Part shown: piece after piece, positions 1-12,356 of the stretch
Layout of the letters: each line of letters opens with the position of its first letter
Position numbering within the stretch: the stretch's first letter is position 1
Assembly: GCA_964016885.1 (NCBI GenBank)
Contig: OZ024743.1
Coordinates: 50,840,001 to 50,904,000, forward strand
DNA: 64,000 nt
Reading direction: 5' to 3'
From: Eledone cirrhosa
Taxonomy: Eukaryota
Notes under the pieces: generated by a model
What the model was told of the DNA's origin: nothing
Database searches by the model: none
The model's input: the letters and a program-made list of their open reading frames with translations, nothing else
Translations under genes and position numbers: made by a program

Positions 1-1
1 G

Positions 2-115
2 CAACTGTATGTTGCTGCATCTCGAGTGTGCGATCCTGATGGTATAAAATTTGCAATTGATACCGCTAACAGAGGAACAACCCTGAATATTGTCTATAAT
101 GAAGCTTTGAGCTGA
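2..115 (+). pseudogene. C-terminus of Helitron PIF1-like helicase (continues upstream of the window)
   Basis: Frame from nt 2 reads QLYVAASRVCDPDGIKFAIDTANRGTTLNIVYNEALS*, matching the PIF1/Helitron end GQLYVA.SRV...T.NIVY.E.L. A palindrome tggccggcca followed by CTAG at about 355-371 may be its 3' terminus. Confidence 0.8.
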
Positions 116-667
116 TGTATGCATATCATTAATGCTATCAATAAGTGACGTAAATGATTCGGACATTGGTGTACTTTGATCAGTATTGTGAGCTTTGACA
201 GAGTTATCATTTATGTTCAATGTCATTTATTGTTGATAATGAGCAATAAAAACCAACACGTATTGGTAGAAATTGCCTTCAAATTTATCGCTTCTGATAG
301 CGGTGGTAATAAAACCTCATCATATGCTGAGTCTGGCAAAAAGTTTGGTGCCTATGGCCGGCCAGGGCTAGAGTAATATTGAAAAACGATTCTATTTTCG
401 AAGTAGAAGGATCCGCCATTTGGAGTTCAAACCATCCACCTCCCTGAGTTGAACTCTGGGCAATATTGACTGTCTATTACTCAGTGGCTAAGAGCCTGGA
501 AATTACTGAATACATTTTTGTGTCATATAATTTGTTGTTTTATTATTATAGCTGACCACTTATAGATAAGCATGTTATCCATATCCATATTAATTTGGCA
601 TTTGTATAAACCATTTCAAGTAAATAGGGACCTTTTTTACATTGACGGACATCTTTTATATTAATTA

Positions 668-1020
668 TCTATATCTATATATAATATAAAAGATTGGAAC
701 TTCCATCATCCTTTTGAGAAACATGGAACAACCACGTCTATGCAATGATACATGTTTTACAGTCAGGCAGAAGATGAACCATCTCCTAGAGGTCACTATT
801 CTAGGTGGGAGCACCTAGAATTGTTCATATACTATGCACAAACGGTACAACGAAGAATCTGGTATATCTGGAAGATTTATTTTACTGTTTTTGGTATCAC
901 ACAAACACCACGGACTCGCCTCATACTGTAACCAGACAAACATCCAATACAGTCATTTTCTCTTTTACCAGTCTTCTCTTATCATCTGTTTACCCGGGCG
1001 AAGCTGGGTACGTCAGCTAG
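668..1020 (+). mobile_element. Short non-autonomous Helitron
   Basis: 5' end a|TCtatatctatatataatataaaag; 3' hairpin acccgg-gcgaag-ctgggt followed by acgtcagCTAG|t; inserted between A and T with no TSD. Confidence 0.75.
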
Positions 1021-1399
1021 TTCTATTTAATTCTATTCTATTCCGTCCTATTGTATTCTATTCTGTTCAAATATATTATTTTATCTTCATTCCAATTGCA
1101 TTCTAATCTATTCTATTGCCATAATCAGAATTTCATCAACATATTGCTCGTGTCATAGTGTTTCTTGGAATTTATCGATTTAAATCGATACAAAATTCAA
1201 ATATTGAACAGTTCCGGTTCTTTAGTAGATTCTCTTCACGTGGAGAAAAGTTAGAACCATGAACAACTTATCTCTACTTCGTCTACACTTCATCAATTTA
1301 CTTTATCCTCCATTTTTTCAGGAAGACGATCGGAAATCATGGAGTAAGTGGGGACGAATGAAAGGCACAAAAAGCAAGTCATCTACGAGAACAATGTCA

Positions 1400-1655
1400 T
1401 TTAAAACTCTCTGCTCCAAACATTCATGTTTCAATTTGGAATTAGATTTTCACAAGACCTTCCGCATCTAGGAAGGAATTTCATAAAACCCTTTGCACCC
1501 CGATGTTTCCATCTGGGAATATTCTTTTACAAAAGCCCCTGCACTAAACCCCAATGTTTCAGTCTGGAGTTAGATTTTCACAAGTTCTGTCTATGAATGA
1601 GTTTCATAAAACCCTTTGCGCTAAACTCCGATGTTTCAATCTGAGAATAGACTAA
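1400..1655. repeat. Degenerate tandem repeat (aaaaccctttgc...gatgtttcaatctgga)
   Basis: About four diverged copies visible by eye. Confidence 0.55.
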
Positions 1656-1734
1656 TGCCTGACTATGGGAATCTTCTATATAGAAAATAAGAATAGCAAC
1701 AAAAAATACTTATTTTAACCGTCTTTATGATGGC

Positions 1735-2015
1735 AGTGTGAAAGCACGTGGCTTTATAGTTAGGGTGTTTGACTCACCATTACAGTGTGTTGTGTCCTTG
1801 AGCACTTTATTTCCCGTTGCTCTGGTCCACTCAGCTGGCGAAAGTTGTACCTCTAATTTAAAGAGTCAGTCACACACTGGGCCATGCTGAATTTCCTTGA
1901 GAACTACACTAATGGTAGATGTGTCTATGGAATACTGAGCTACTTGCATGTTAATTCCATGAGCAGATTGTTCGGTTTATGAAACAACTGGAACAACTCG
2001 TCGTCGGAACTGACG
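1735..2015 (+). mobile_element. tRNA-derived SINE (gtgtccttgagca...tttatttc.cgttgctc core)
   Basis: Degenerate A-box head and a core shared with the copy at 63563-63710 and the reverse copy at 7480-7605. Confidence 0.65.
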
Positions 2016-2649
2016 AAAATGCTTTCTATTGTTCATTGGCAACCAAAATATTTTGCAAACAAACTGTACAGTCCACTTCCATTCAAACCCACTATTCCGG
2101 TCTGAGCTCGGCGTGATTTGAACTGAGAATGCTGAAACAAATACGAAGCACTAAACTGATGTCCTATTGACTCTGCCACCAAAACGCCATAAAGTAAGGA
2201 ATTACTAATAATTGGAGATAAAAACTAATCCTAATCTGAGCTTATCTGACCTTGTCGGAAGGTAATGACTGATAACATTCAAATTGTCTGCTTTTCATGA
2301 TAAATATATGGGGTTTTTTGCGCGTATTTGTTTATGTTAAATTTACGTGAGGTTATAGAATTTCTTAACCAATCTAACTATTCAGATATCAATAAAGAAT
2401 TTCGTATACGGAATTGACTGAGAATAAAATAGTTAATTATAAATCTAAGGAGGCTCTATATCTTGGGCTAAAATCTATTTTAAATTACAATAGAGGTCGT
2501 CCATTGCGGAAACCAACACGTTTTAATAAAAAAAAACTTTTTCTCCGTTATTCATTCGTTGCAGCTGTTAATACAGTATATATTATTGCATATTTAGGAG
2601 TGAGATATCACTTATTCTGAATATATAATTCGGTAGAAGTGAACGTAGG

Positions 2650-3260
2650 ATGGAAACCTGTGATATTGGTAGGTGATGGGAGCATGTGATGTCAGCGGAT
2701 GATGGGGATGTGTGATGTGGGCGTGTGATGAGGACGTCTAATGTTAATGTGGGATATCAGCGTGTGATGTGAGCGTGTCATGTAAGCGTAGAATATTAGT
2801 GTGTGATGTGAGTGGGTACTAGAAGCTTGTGATGTTAGCGTTGGATGAGAGTGCAAGATGGAAGCTTGTGGTGTATGAGTGTTATATGAGCGTGTGATGA
2901 AGGCGTCTGTTGTCAGCGTGTGATGGAATCGTGTGATGTTAGCGTTTGATAGGAGCATGCGATTTAAGCGGGTAATGTAAGTGGATGATGTAAGCGTGTG
3001 CTGTGTGCGGATGGTGTGAACGGGGAATGTAAGCATGTGATGTAAGTGTATGGTGTAAACAGGTGGTGTTAGCGGGGAATGTAAGCGTGTAATGTAAGTG
3101 TATGTTAGCGTGTGATGTAAGCATGTGATATGAACGGATAATGTAAGCAGGTGCTGTAAACAGGTGTGAGATGTTAGCAGGTAGATTAAGCGTGGGTTTT
3201 AGCAGGCGGATATAAGCATGTGATGTGTGTGGCTTCGACGTGGTTGATGTGAGTGGGTGA
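2650..3260. repeat. Degenerate GT-rich tandem repeat (agcgtgtgatgt-like)
   Basis: Recurrent (a)gcgtgtgatgt / taagc units. Confidence 0.6.
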
Positions 3261-3356
3261 CTAAAATGATTACCTCTGAAAATCTTCTCTTCTTACTTCA
3301 ACGTTATTTTAATCAACTGGCAGTGATTTATCGTTCAATAATCCAATGATTAGAAG

Positions 3357-3716
3357 CCAGATATCACACACACCATCATACACTAGAGATATCAGACCAT
3401 CATACACTATAGATATCACACACCATCATACACTAGAGATATCACACCATCATACACTATAGATATCACACACCATCATACACTAGAGATATCAGACCAT
3501 CATACACTAGAGATATCACACACACCATCATACACTAGAGATATCAGACCATCATACACTAGAGATATCACACACACCATCATACACTAGAGATATCAGA
3601 CCATCATACACTAGAGATATCACACCATCATACACTAGAGATATCACACACACCATCATACACTAGAGATATCACACACACCATCATACACTAGAGATAT
3701 CACACCAGCATACACT
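3357..3716. repeat. Minisatellite, about 22-26 bp unit (accatcatacactagagatatcac)
   Basis: Near-identical units with a variable (CA) count. Confidence 0.95.
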
Positions 3717-3730
3717 ATATATATATATAT

Positions 3731-3931
3731 AAAACAAAGAGGGTGTGGTAAGAAACCAGATGGACCATAACCCACCAGAGAACTCGATACTTAGGGTAGT
3801 GGAGTGGGTAATATGAAAAGATTCAGGATCCCGACGGCTGAGCTCCGGCCGTTTCGACAGCTAGATCCCAACTGTTCGGATCTAGCTGTTGAAACAGCCG
3901 GAGCTCAGCCGTCGGGATCCTAAATCTTTTC

Positions 3932-3935
<4 letters not shown>
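3731..3935 (-). mobile_element. Hairpin-capped PLE-terminus-like cassette with hammerhead 3' half
   Basis: Arms 3811-3868 and 3878-3935 with a 9-nt loop; minus strand reads cGAAACggc...gccGTC; flanked by (TA)n on both sides; homologous to 3984-4190. Confidence 0.7.
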
Positions 3936-3983
<48 letters not shown>

Positions 3984-3988
<5 letters not shown>

Positions 3989-4188
3989 AACGAGTAGGAC
4001 CCCGACGGCTGAGCTCAAGCCGTTTCGACGGCTAATTCTGGACAGAATTCGCGTCCAGAATTAGCCGTCGAAACGGCTTGAGCTCAGCCGTCGGGGTCCT
4101 ACTCGTTCCTATTACCCACTCTACTACCCTAAGTATTGAGTACTTTGGTGCGTTATGGTCCACCTGGTTCCTTACCACATTTCCTCCG

Positions 4189-4190
<2 letters not shown>
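3984..4190 (+). mobile_element. Hairpin-capped PLE-terminus-like cassette with hammerhead 3' half
   Basis: Perfect arms 3984-4043 and 4053-4112 with a 9-nt loop; GAAAC-GGCT-tgagctc-AGCC-GTC stem III with a GUC triplet; (TA)n on both sides. Confidence 0.72.
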
Positions 4191-4277
<87 letters not shown>

Positions 4278-4467
4278 TGATTGTATGTGTGTATGCGTGT
4301 GTGTGTACAAATTCGGAACATTTTTGCATAACGTTGCATTTTTCAAAGCAATTACTTAAGTATTATTATGGGAAGTATCACGAGCTGAATCTAATCTGCA
4401 CCTCCCACCTTTACCACTCCTTTCGGTACCTCCTCTATACAATAGACAATTAAATTAAACTGTAAAT

Positions 4468-4565
<98 letters not shown>

Positions 4566-4600
4566 ACATACACACATACACATGTGTATTTATATATTAT
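4191..4600. repeat. (TA)n, (GA)n and (CA)n microsatellites
   Basis: Direct reading. Confidence 0.95.
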
Positions 4601-5044
4601 ATATACATTTCTGCATGAATATTATCCACTATTGACGTATACATATATATGTATGTATGTGTGTGTGTGTGTTAACATATGTAACAAGTTTTCAGATTCG
4701 GCCCCGTTCTGTAACGTGTTTATTACTATACTCTCGAGTTGAAATCAATGATGTTTAGTAGACGAAACCTTTGGAAGCCCCTCGTACGGACGGTACCAGT
4801 AATTCAAAGGTCCAGCTTAGTCATATACTGTGTCACACTGCCCACTTCCATTCTAAATTCCATTCTAAATATGGCTACCACCACCTTTGCATCTGATAAT
4901 CTCTTTTATTCCTGACTCTGAAATACTTTTGTTTTATATATCCGAGTTTTTAGTCACTTGCTGTTGTTTGGGAATATATGTTATATAATTTTATCTTATT
5001 TGAAAAAAAATTTTAAATAATAATTTTAACGAAAAACCTACTAT

Positions 5045-5406
5045 AGATATATTTCTTTATTTAAGAAAAGGGGAAATACAAAGACATATGGCGGGGATTT
5101 TACATACAGTCATGTAAAAAAAGTTTTAACATGAAAATATAACAATCGAAATCCCCAATAGGGTGGGAGGCGTTACAAATCGGTTGCTTTATACCCTGTA
5201 GATAGAACAACCCACAACTTCAGGAGCATGTTGTACAAGTGCTCCTTTCTTCCTTTTGCTCTCTTCTTCAACCTACAGATTTATATACAAAGAAGGCCAT
5301 TTTTGGCACATTCACCCACCTTTCAGTAAATTTACTGAGGTGCAGTACCTCTCTCTCCACTCTGATTCTCCTTCTAAAATGGTACCTAAAGAAGGGAATG
5401 AGTTGT
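5045..5406 (-). mobile_element. 5'-truncated 3' fragment of Tx1-clade LINE
   Basis: Aligns by eye to 7905-8290 (3' UTR plus the KYHFR.RIRVERE..H.SKFTERWVN coding end). Confidence 0.85.
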
Positions 5407-5504
5407 CTATTATTATTTTATTATTCTTTTGTCGCACAGTATAGATGGAAAATGCACCGGAGTATTTAGTCATCTGTCAAGGACCTCAGATAGATAATAC
5501 TTTC

Positions 5505-5660
5505 CTTAAAACGTTCGGAGTGCCAGTTGCCGTCGAGACCTCAGAGATCCCCGGACCCCGTACAGCGAGCTCTTCCGTAACATTGGGAAGTCAGCAGCCC
5601 AAGGAAGGAGCCCCTCCAGGCAGAGTCGCTGTTGAATCGGGTGTCGCCATTGTCACCGAC
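5505..5660 (+). mobile_element. Decayed C-terminal fragment of CRE-clade LINE (restriction-like endonuclease)
   Basis: VPVAVETS..PGPR then KEPLQAESLLNRVS in another frame, parallel to PVALETFGGVGP...AWLFQCFS at 59459-59689. Confidence 0.55.
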
Positions 5661-6775
5661 CTAAGCCTGTCACCCTCTTCCTCTATCTTCTCTGGTCTAA
5701 TAGTATTTCTCTCCTTTCCATCCTTTTCTTCTCATTCATGGCATTTATAGTCCTTTACTTTCCAATGCAACCTTATCTACCCTTCTTTACCCACGCCCTT
5801 TCTTTTCAATATCTAAAATATAATAAAGTAAGGCGTGCGGGACTGCATCCAGAATATATTTTTCATCCCGTTTGTAAAATAAGTCGGATTACTTTGAATA
5901 AATAATGAATGAATATTACTTATTTTATCTGCTAAATTCGTGGCTGTTCATTAAATATATTTTATTATTTATTTAAAGATTCACTTCTTTAAAATTTTCA
6001 AATGTCAACACTTCCGGTTAGCGATCGCTTAAATAAACATTCATATATTTCCGTCACTAATTTTCTCCTAATGCAGTTTATATATAATATCGTCTTTTTT
6101 TAATCTATCAAGGATTACGTTACTGATTACATAAGACCACTGTCTTATGTAATCAGTAACGCAGTCTTCGTTAATTTCTGTGTATATTGTAAATTACGAT
6201 TTCATTTGATGTATCATATCTACATGTATATATACTTGCGTATAATATCAATATACACACTACACATGCTAGCAGAAAACCACCTAAAGGGTGGTTTTTC
6301 TGCTAGTAATTGTGAAAGGGTGGTTTTTCTGCTAGTAATTGTGAAAACTTAATACATAATTTAAACAAAGAAAGAAATCGGGGGGGGGGGGGGGGGAGTT
6401 AAATTCGACAGCGTTTGTTTGTGTTGACAGAAACAGATTTAACTTTATTTTAGTGTTATTCTTTTACAAACATTCATTTGTTCGTTTACGTGTTTCAGTC
6501 AGAGGCCATACTGGGGCACCGACTTGAAATAAAATTGAATAAACTTCTGAAGAAATCCATTTTTTGTTTATTTGTTTGGTTTTTTTGTTGTTTTTTGTTT
6601 TTTGTTTTTTTGTTTTTTCAGCTTTTGTCCAAACGACCTCCTAACTTCAATAAACTCCCATTGTATGTGTGGTTTCATCTTTTTTATATTAAACATCATG
6701 GCGTTCCATGTTTCCCACAATCTGCCTGTTCGTGGGAATCGTGGCTATCAACATCTTCGCACCTAATAACCCTGT

Positions 6776-6779
<4 letters not shown>

Positions 6780-6869
<90 letters not shown>

Positions 6870-6907
6870 ACACACACACACATACACACACACAGACACT
6901 CACACAC

Positions 6908-6938
<31 letters not shown>

Positions 6939-7105
6939 CACACACACACACACATACACACACACAGACACTCACACACACAGACACACACACACACACA
7001 CACAAACAGACACACATACACATACACACACACACACATACACATCAGACGCATAGACACACACAGACACACACACACAGGCCCCACACACACAGACACC
7101 CCCCA

Positions 7106-7145
<40 letters not shown>

Positions 7146-7208
7146 CACCACCCCCACACACACATACCCCTCCCATACACACACACAGACACCCCCCTAC
7201 ACACACAT
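6780..7208. repeat. (CA)n compound microsatellite
   Basis: Direct reading. Confidence 0.97.
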
Positions 7209-7479
7209 GATTGTTTTTAAATTAGATATTTTTTACGGATGTGTTTTTCACTTTTTTTATCATAAAACATGGAAGACCCGGATGTATAGAAATAAAAAGG
7301 TGTTTGTCTCGGCATGAATCAAGGCCACAACGTGCGAAGATGTCCTCACCCATATACAGAATACAAACAAATTAATTATGGGAAGAAATAAAAATAAGAA
7401 ATGAAATTTACAGCTCGCATCTATGTAGGTTTAGTTGGCTTTCACGGGATGTTTGAAGGATAGAGCCTCAATCTTATCA

Positions 7480-7605
7480 TGAAAAGCAGCGTAGAATGAA
7501 GCGTCTTGCTCAAGAATACAATGCGCTGCCCGGTCAAGAAATCGAACCCATGACATTATAATTACAAATCTAATACCTTACTAACCATTAGGCTCCGCAC
7601 CTTCA
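7480..7605 (-). mobile_element. SINE remnant
   Basis: Reverse of tRNA-head plus cttgagcaagacg core (gtcttgctcaag...atcgaaccc). Confidence 0.55.
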
Positions 7606-7900
7606 CTTTCAAGGAATCCTAGAACCACAAAGTTCTTCCAAATGCTAAACATAAAAATACTAGGTGAGTGTTTCCATAGAAATCTACCGGTATGTTGGTG
7701 GGTGTCAGCTTTGAGGGGCAAAAGACAACCTAAAGAAAAACAAATTTCTTGGGAAGTTTATTCAATTTGTTTTTTCAAGTCGGTGCCCCGGCTTGGCCTC
7801 AACCCAATGGCCGAAGGAAGCAAAAGAATAAAAGAAAAAGAAAAAGAATAATTCTAAAACTCATTTGACGTCTCCATGACAACAACATTGTGAATAGATA

Positions 7901-10187
7901 GATAGATTTCTTTATTTGCCACAAGGGCGCACAAGAAAAGGGGACAATATAAAGACATGCCGGGGATTTTACATACAGTCGTGTAAAAAATATAAAAACA
8001 AACAATTACAGCAATCGAAATCCCCAATAGGGGGGAAGCGCCACAAATGGGTTGTTTAATACCCCGTCGATAGAACAACCCTCAACTCCAGGAGCGTATT
8101 GTGCAAGTGCTCCTTTCTTCCTTTTGCTCTCTTCTTTAACCTACAGGCTTATAAACAGAGAAGGCCCAATCACTCGAGCCATTTTCGCTTCATTCACCCA
8201 CCTTTCAGTAAATTTACTGGGGTGCAGTGCCTCTCTCTCCACTCTGATTCTCCCTCTAAAGTGATACTTAAAGAAGGGAATGAATTGCTGTACGGAGAGA
8301 AAGGCATCTGTACTCAGTCCTCTCAATCTCGTCCACCATATAACTTCTTTCACCATAGCCACTGTAGGGAGGAAAACCGCCTCTCTTTCGTTTTTGAAAG
8401 AGACTGGCGGTTTGATCCTTACTATGGACTCGGCAGTCAACTGGATTTGTCCCATACGCGACAACAGTTGTTCTGCATAGTTCCACAGGTCGGTTACGCC
8501 CGGGCAGTGTACAATTGCGTGCAGGACTGTTTCAATGTCCTGCGCGCATCTTGTACACGTCCTATTGGAAGGATCCCTGCCTGGGCGTCCGTGCCTGTAG
8601 ATCTTGTCACAAACCGGTAGAGCTCCTCGGTAGCACTGCCAGGCCAGGGACCTCTGGAAGTTGTCCATAGGTCTCGGGTGGAAAGTCCTACCAAACAGAT
8701 TGGTGAGCTCATCGTCTTCGACGCCCAGAGTCTCTTCGAGCACGTCGTCGCCCTTGTAACGTACAATCCCTCTATAGAATGTCAAAGTGAAGTCTCCACT
8801 GATTGCTGCAACCGCTTGCCAGAGGACTGTGAGCGCCTGAGCGCATTCGATGTGCCAGGCGCCCATCGTTTTTGGTCTTTTCTTGACCCAGGGCTGCAGC
8901 TCCGTCAGCGAGACGAGCTGTGGGAAAGCCTGTCTCACAAACGGTGCCCACACCGGTTGGGGGTCGGTGAGGAATACCTGGAGATGCCGCAGCCTCAGCG
9001 CATGTTTGTAAATCATCAGCCACGGCATTCCCAGTTGGAAGGGTGCAAACAGCAGACGGATCTCCTCACCAGCGGAGCCTGCTTCTTCCACAGAAACTGG
9101 AAGAGCATGCGTTCCATCTTGGCGAGGTGTTCACGGGGACAAGGCACGACAGTCAAGCGGTAGTAGATGACGGACGCTATGAAAGTGTTCGCCACCTCCG
9201 CTCGACCTTTCAAGAACAGTTTGCACTCTGCCCACTTCTGGGTGAGCGCAAAACCTTGGCCGTGACCTCATTCCAGTTTTTCTCCACCTGGACCGAACCA
9301 GACCCGAGCAATTTCAGCGGTCCGTCCGTCCAGTGTCCAACGACACTGTCGGACGTCATCGGTTTGCCTCTCCAGTTCCGAGTTGCAAATCGACAGACTT
9401 GTCCGGGTTAAGTTTTGCTCCCGTCAGCGTTTCGTATTCTTTCAGTAAGTTGCCGATTTCCGAGGTGCTCGACACCATTACCGTCACGTCGTCGGCATAA
9501 GCCGACGCCGCTTTGCGCAGTCCCGGTTCTAGAGGGATGCCCTGCAACAGTTCCAATTTCCGCAGTAGTGGCTCTAGAGTCAATATACAGAATGGAGGAG
9601 AGAGGGCACCCCTGTCGAATGGAACGCGTGATTGCGAACGGCTCCGATAGGTAGCCGTTCACCTTGACCCTCGAGCAGATGCTGGTGTACATCGCCTCGA
9701 TCCAGCCTCTGAAAACGGGACCGAAACCGGCCGCCTTGAGAACCGCTTCCAAGTATCGATGGTCGACCCTATCGAGTCTAAGGTAGACTGATCCAAATTG
9801 ATCAGAGCCCCACCGAAGCCGGATTTACTACCCACCCTCTCTATGATGTATCGCATGAGGTGGAGGTTGTCGTGTATGGACCTGGTCGGGATTGCGCACG
9901 TTTGCGCTTTCCCTACCAGGTTCTCGACGACAAGTGCCAACCTCGTCGCTAGCACCTTGGCCAAAATCTTTAACTCTGTGTTGAGCAGAGTTATGGGCCT
10001 GAAGTTGTTAATTTCGTCCCCCTTGTTCTCGTCTTTCCTGATCAGCGTTACTACGCCCTTGCCTGCAGAACTGGGAATTCTCCCGTTCTGCTGCCAATTG
10101 CAGTAGGCGGCTTCGAGGACGCCAGAGAACAAGTCCGGCATTCCTATGTAAAACTCATAGGGTAGACCATATAGACAGGGTGACTTG
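7901..10187 (-). mobile_element. Tx1-clade (L1 group) LINE copy A, 5'-truncated ORF2 with frameshifts
   Basis: KSP.L.GLPYEFY, NFRPITLLNTELKILAK, RQGCPLS, AYADD RT motifs and C-terminal CxxC..ET..H...HC zinc knuckle spread across ORFs 9659-10141, 9408-9752, 9356-9583, 9016-9213 and 8141-9091; tail (TCTA)n. Confidence 0.92.
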
Positions 10188-10197
10188 TGAATAGATA

Positions 10198-11907
10198 TGT
10201 TTCTTCATTAGCCACAGGGTCACAAAAGAAGGGGACAAATACAAAAGGGGAAGTTTACATACAATAAAAACGTGTAAAATATTATAACAAATACAATTTA
10301 AAAGTTAATCGATTTTCCCCAATAGGGGGAGACATTTCATATGGGTAACACATACCCCCGAAAAAATGTGCAACCCTCATCTCCAGGAGTACGAAGAGTT
10401 TGTACCCCTTTCCTCTCTTCCTCTTTTTCCTCAACCTACAGGCTGATATAGAGAGAAGGCCCATTCACTCGGGCCATTCTCGCCACTTTCACCCACCTTT
10501 CATAAAACTTGCTGGGGTACAGCATTTCTCTCTCCATCCTGATTCTTCTTCCAAAGTGGTATTTGAAAAAAAGAATCAGTTGTTGGCCGGAGAGAAAGGT
10601 GTCTGACCTCAGCCCTTTCAACCTTGTCCACCATACAACCTCTTTCACCATAGCTATCACACAAAGGAAAACCGCCTCTCTTTCGTTTTTGAAGGAAGGT
10701 GGCGGTTTGATCATGACAATGGACTCGGTGGTCAACCGGATTGGTCCCACCCGCGACAATAGTCGTTCTACATAGCCCCACAGGTCGGAAACGCCTGGGC
10801 AGTGTATGAATGCGTGCGCAACGGTTTCTTCGTCTCGCACGCACCTCGGACAGATCTTTTTCGAAGGGGCCCTGCCCGGGCGCCCATGTCTGTAGAGCTT
10901 GTCTCGAACTGGTAGAGCTCCTCGGTAGTACTGCCAGGCCAGGGCCTTTTGGAAGTTGTTCATCGGTCCCGGGCGGAAGGTCCTACCGAACAGACTGGCC
11001 AGTTCGTCTTCCTCTATGCCTAGAGTTTCACCGAGCGCGTCGTCGCACTTGCTGTGGATCAACTCTCTATGACGAAGTGGAGTCTCCACTGATCGCCGGG
11101 TCCGCCTGCCAGAGGGCTGTGAGCGCCTGAGCACATTCAATGTGCCAGTCGCCCATTTTCCTCGGTCTTTGCTTGACCCAGGACAGCAGCTCGGTCAGCG
11201 AGACGAGTGGTGGGAAAGCTCGCCTCACGAACGTGGCCCACACCGGTGAGGAATACCTGGAGGTGCCGCAGCCTGAGCGCGTGTTTGCGCATCGTCAGCC
11301 ACGGTATCCCCAGCCCTCCGTTGGAAGGGTGTTGGCAGCAGAGAGATCTTCTCACCAAAAGAGCCCGCCTCTTCCAAAGGAATTGGAAGAGCGCGCGCTC
11401 CATTTTGGCGTTTTTTTGGCTGGACAAGGCACGACGGTCAAACGGTAGGAGATGACTGACGCTATAAAAGTGTTCGCCACCTCCGCTCGACCTTTCAAGG
11501 ATAGTTTGCACTCGGCCCACTTCTGGGTGAGTGCAAACACCTTGGCCGTCACCTCGTTCCAGTTCTTCTCCACCTGGAGGTCCGGACCAAACCAGACCCC
11601 GAGTAGCTTTACCGGTCCTTCCGTCCAGCGTCCGACGACACCATCGGAAGGCATCGGTCTGCCTCTCCACGATCCGAGTTGCAAACCGATGGACTTGTCC
11701 CGGTTCAGCTTCGCTCCTGTGAAACTTTCGTATTCCTTCAGTATCGACTTCCTCGATTTGCGAGGTGCTCGACACCATAACTGTCACGTCGTCGGCGTAG
11801 GCCGACGCCGCTTTCCGCAGTCCCGGTTCCAGAGGGATGCCCTGCAATAGCTCCAACTTCCGCAGTAGTGGCTCGAGAGTCAGTACGTACAGAAGGGAGG
11901 AGAGAGG
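10198..11907 (-). mobile_element. Tx1-clade LINE copy B, 5'-truncated at the RT QGCPLS region
   Basis: Paralogous to copy A: AYADD, LSLKGRAEVANTFIAS, CPRC..DEETVAHAFIHC; the 5' break abuts (TAGA)n at 11908-11930. Confidence 0.92.
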
Positions 11908-11964
11908 TAGATAGATAGATAGATAGATAGTGTTTAACAGGGCTGGTCCTTTCAGAGGCAGTTC

Positions 11965-12110
11965 ATTGGACTGGCTTCCTTACTTCCGTCCACTCAAATT
12001 CACTCCCAAGTGTTGGGTCGAACCGAAGTTACGGTAAATGACCCTCGGCTCAAGTGTCATACAGTGGGATAGAACTTCCTAATGGGGTCGAACTTCTTAA
12101 CATTTGACCT
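11965..12110 (-). mobile_element. SINE remnant
   Basis: Similar to 13260-13310 and 39885-40035 (caaattcactc.caag...cacagtggga). Confidence 0.5.
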
Positions 12111-12356
12111 TGCTGCAAACACCCACACCACAACACCACCCCACAACACCACCCCATCACCTTCCACCCCCACCCCATCCCACCACCACCCCATCACCTC
12201 ACCACCTCACCCAACCACCTCTCCCCACGCCCAAAACCACCCCACCCCCACCCCACCCCCACAAAGCAACCCCACCGCACCCTACCCCACATAATTAATA
12301 TATGCTACCATTCTATGTGCTACTACTTCAATTGTAGATTGTAGATAGAATGTAAA

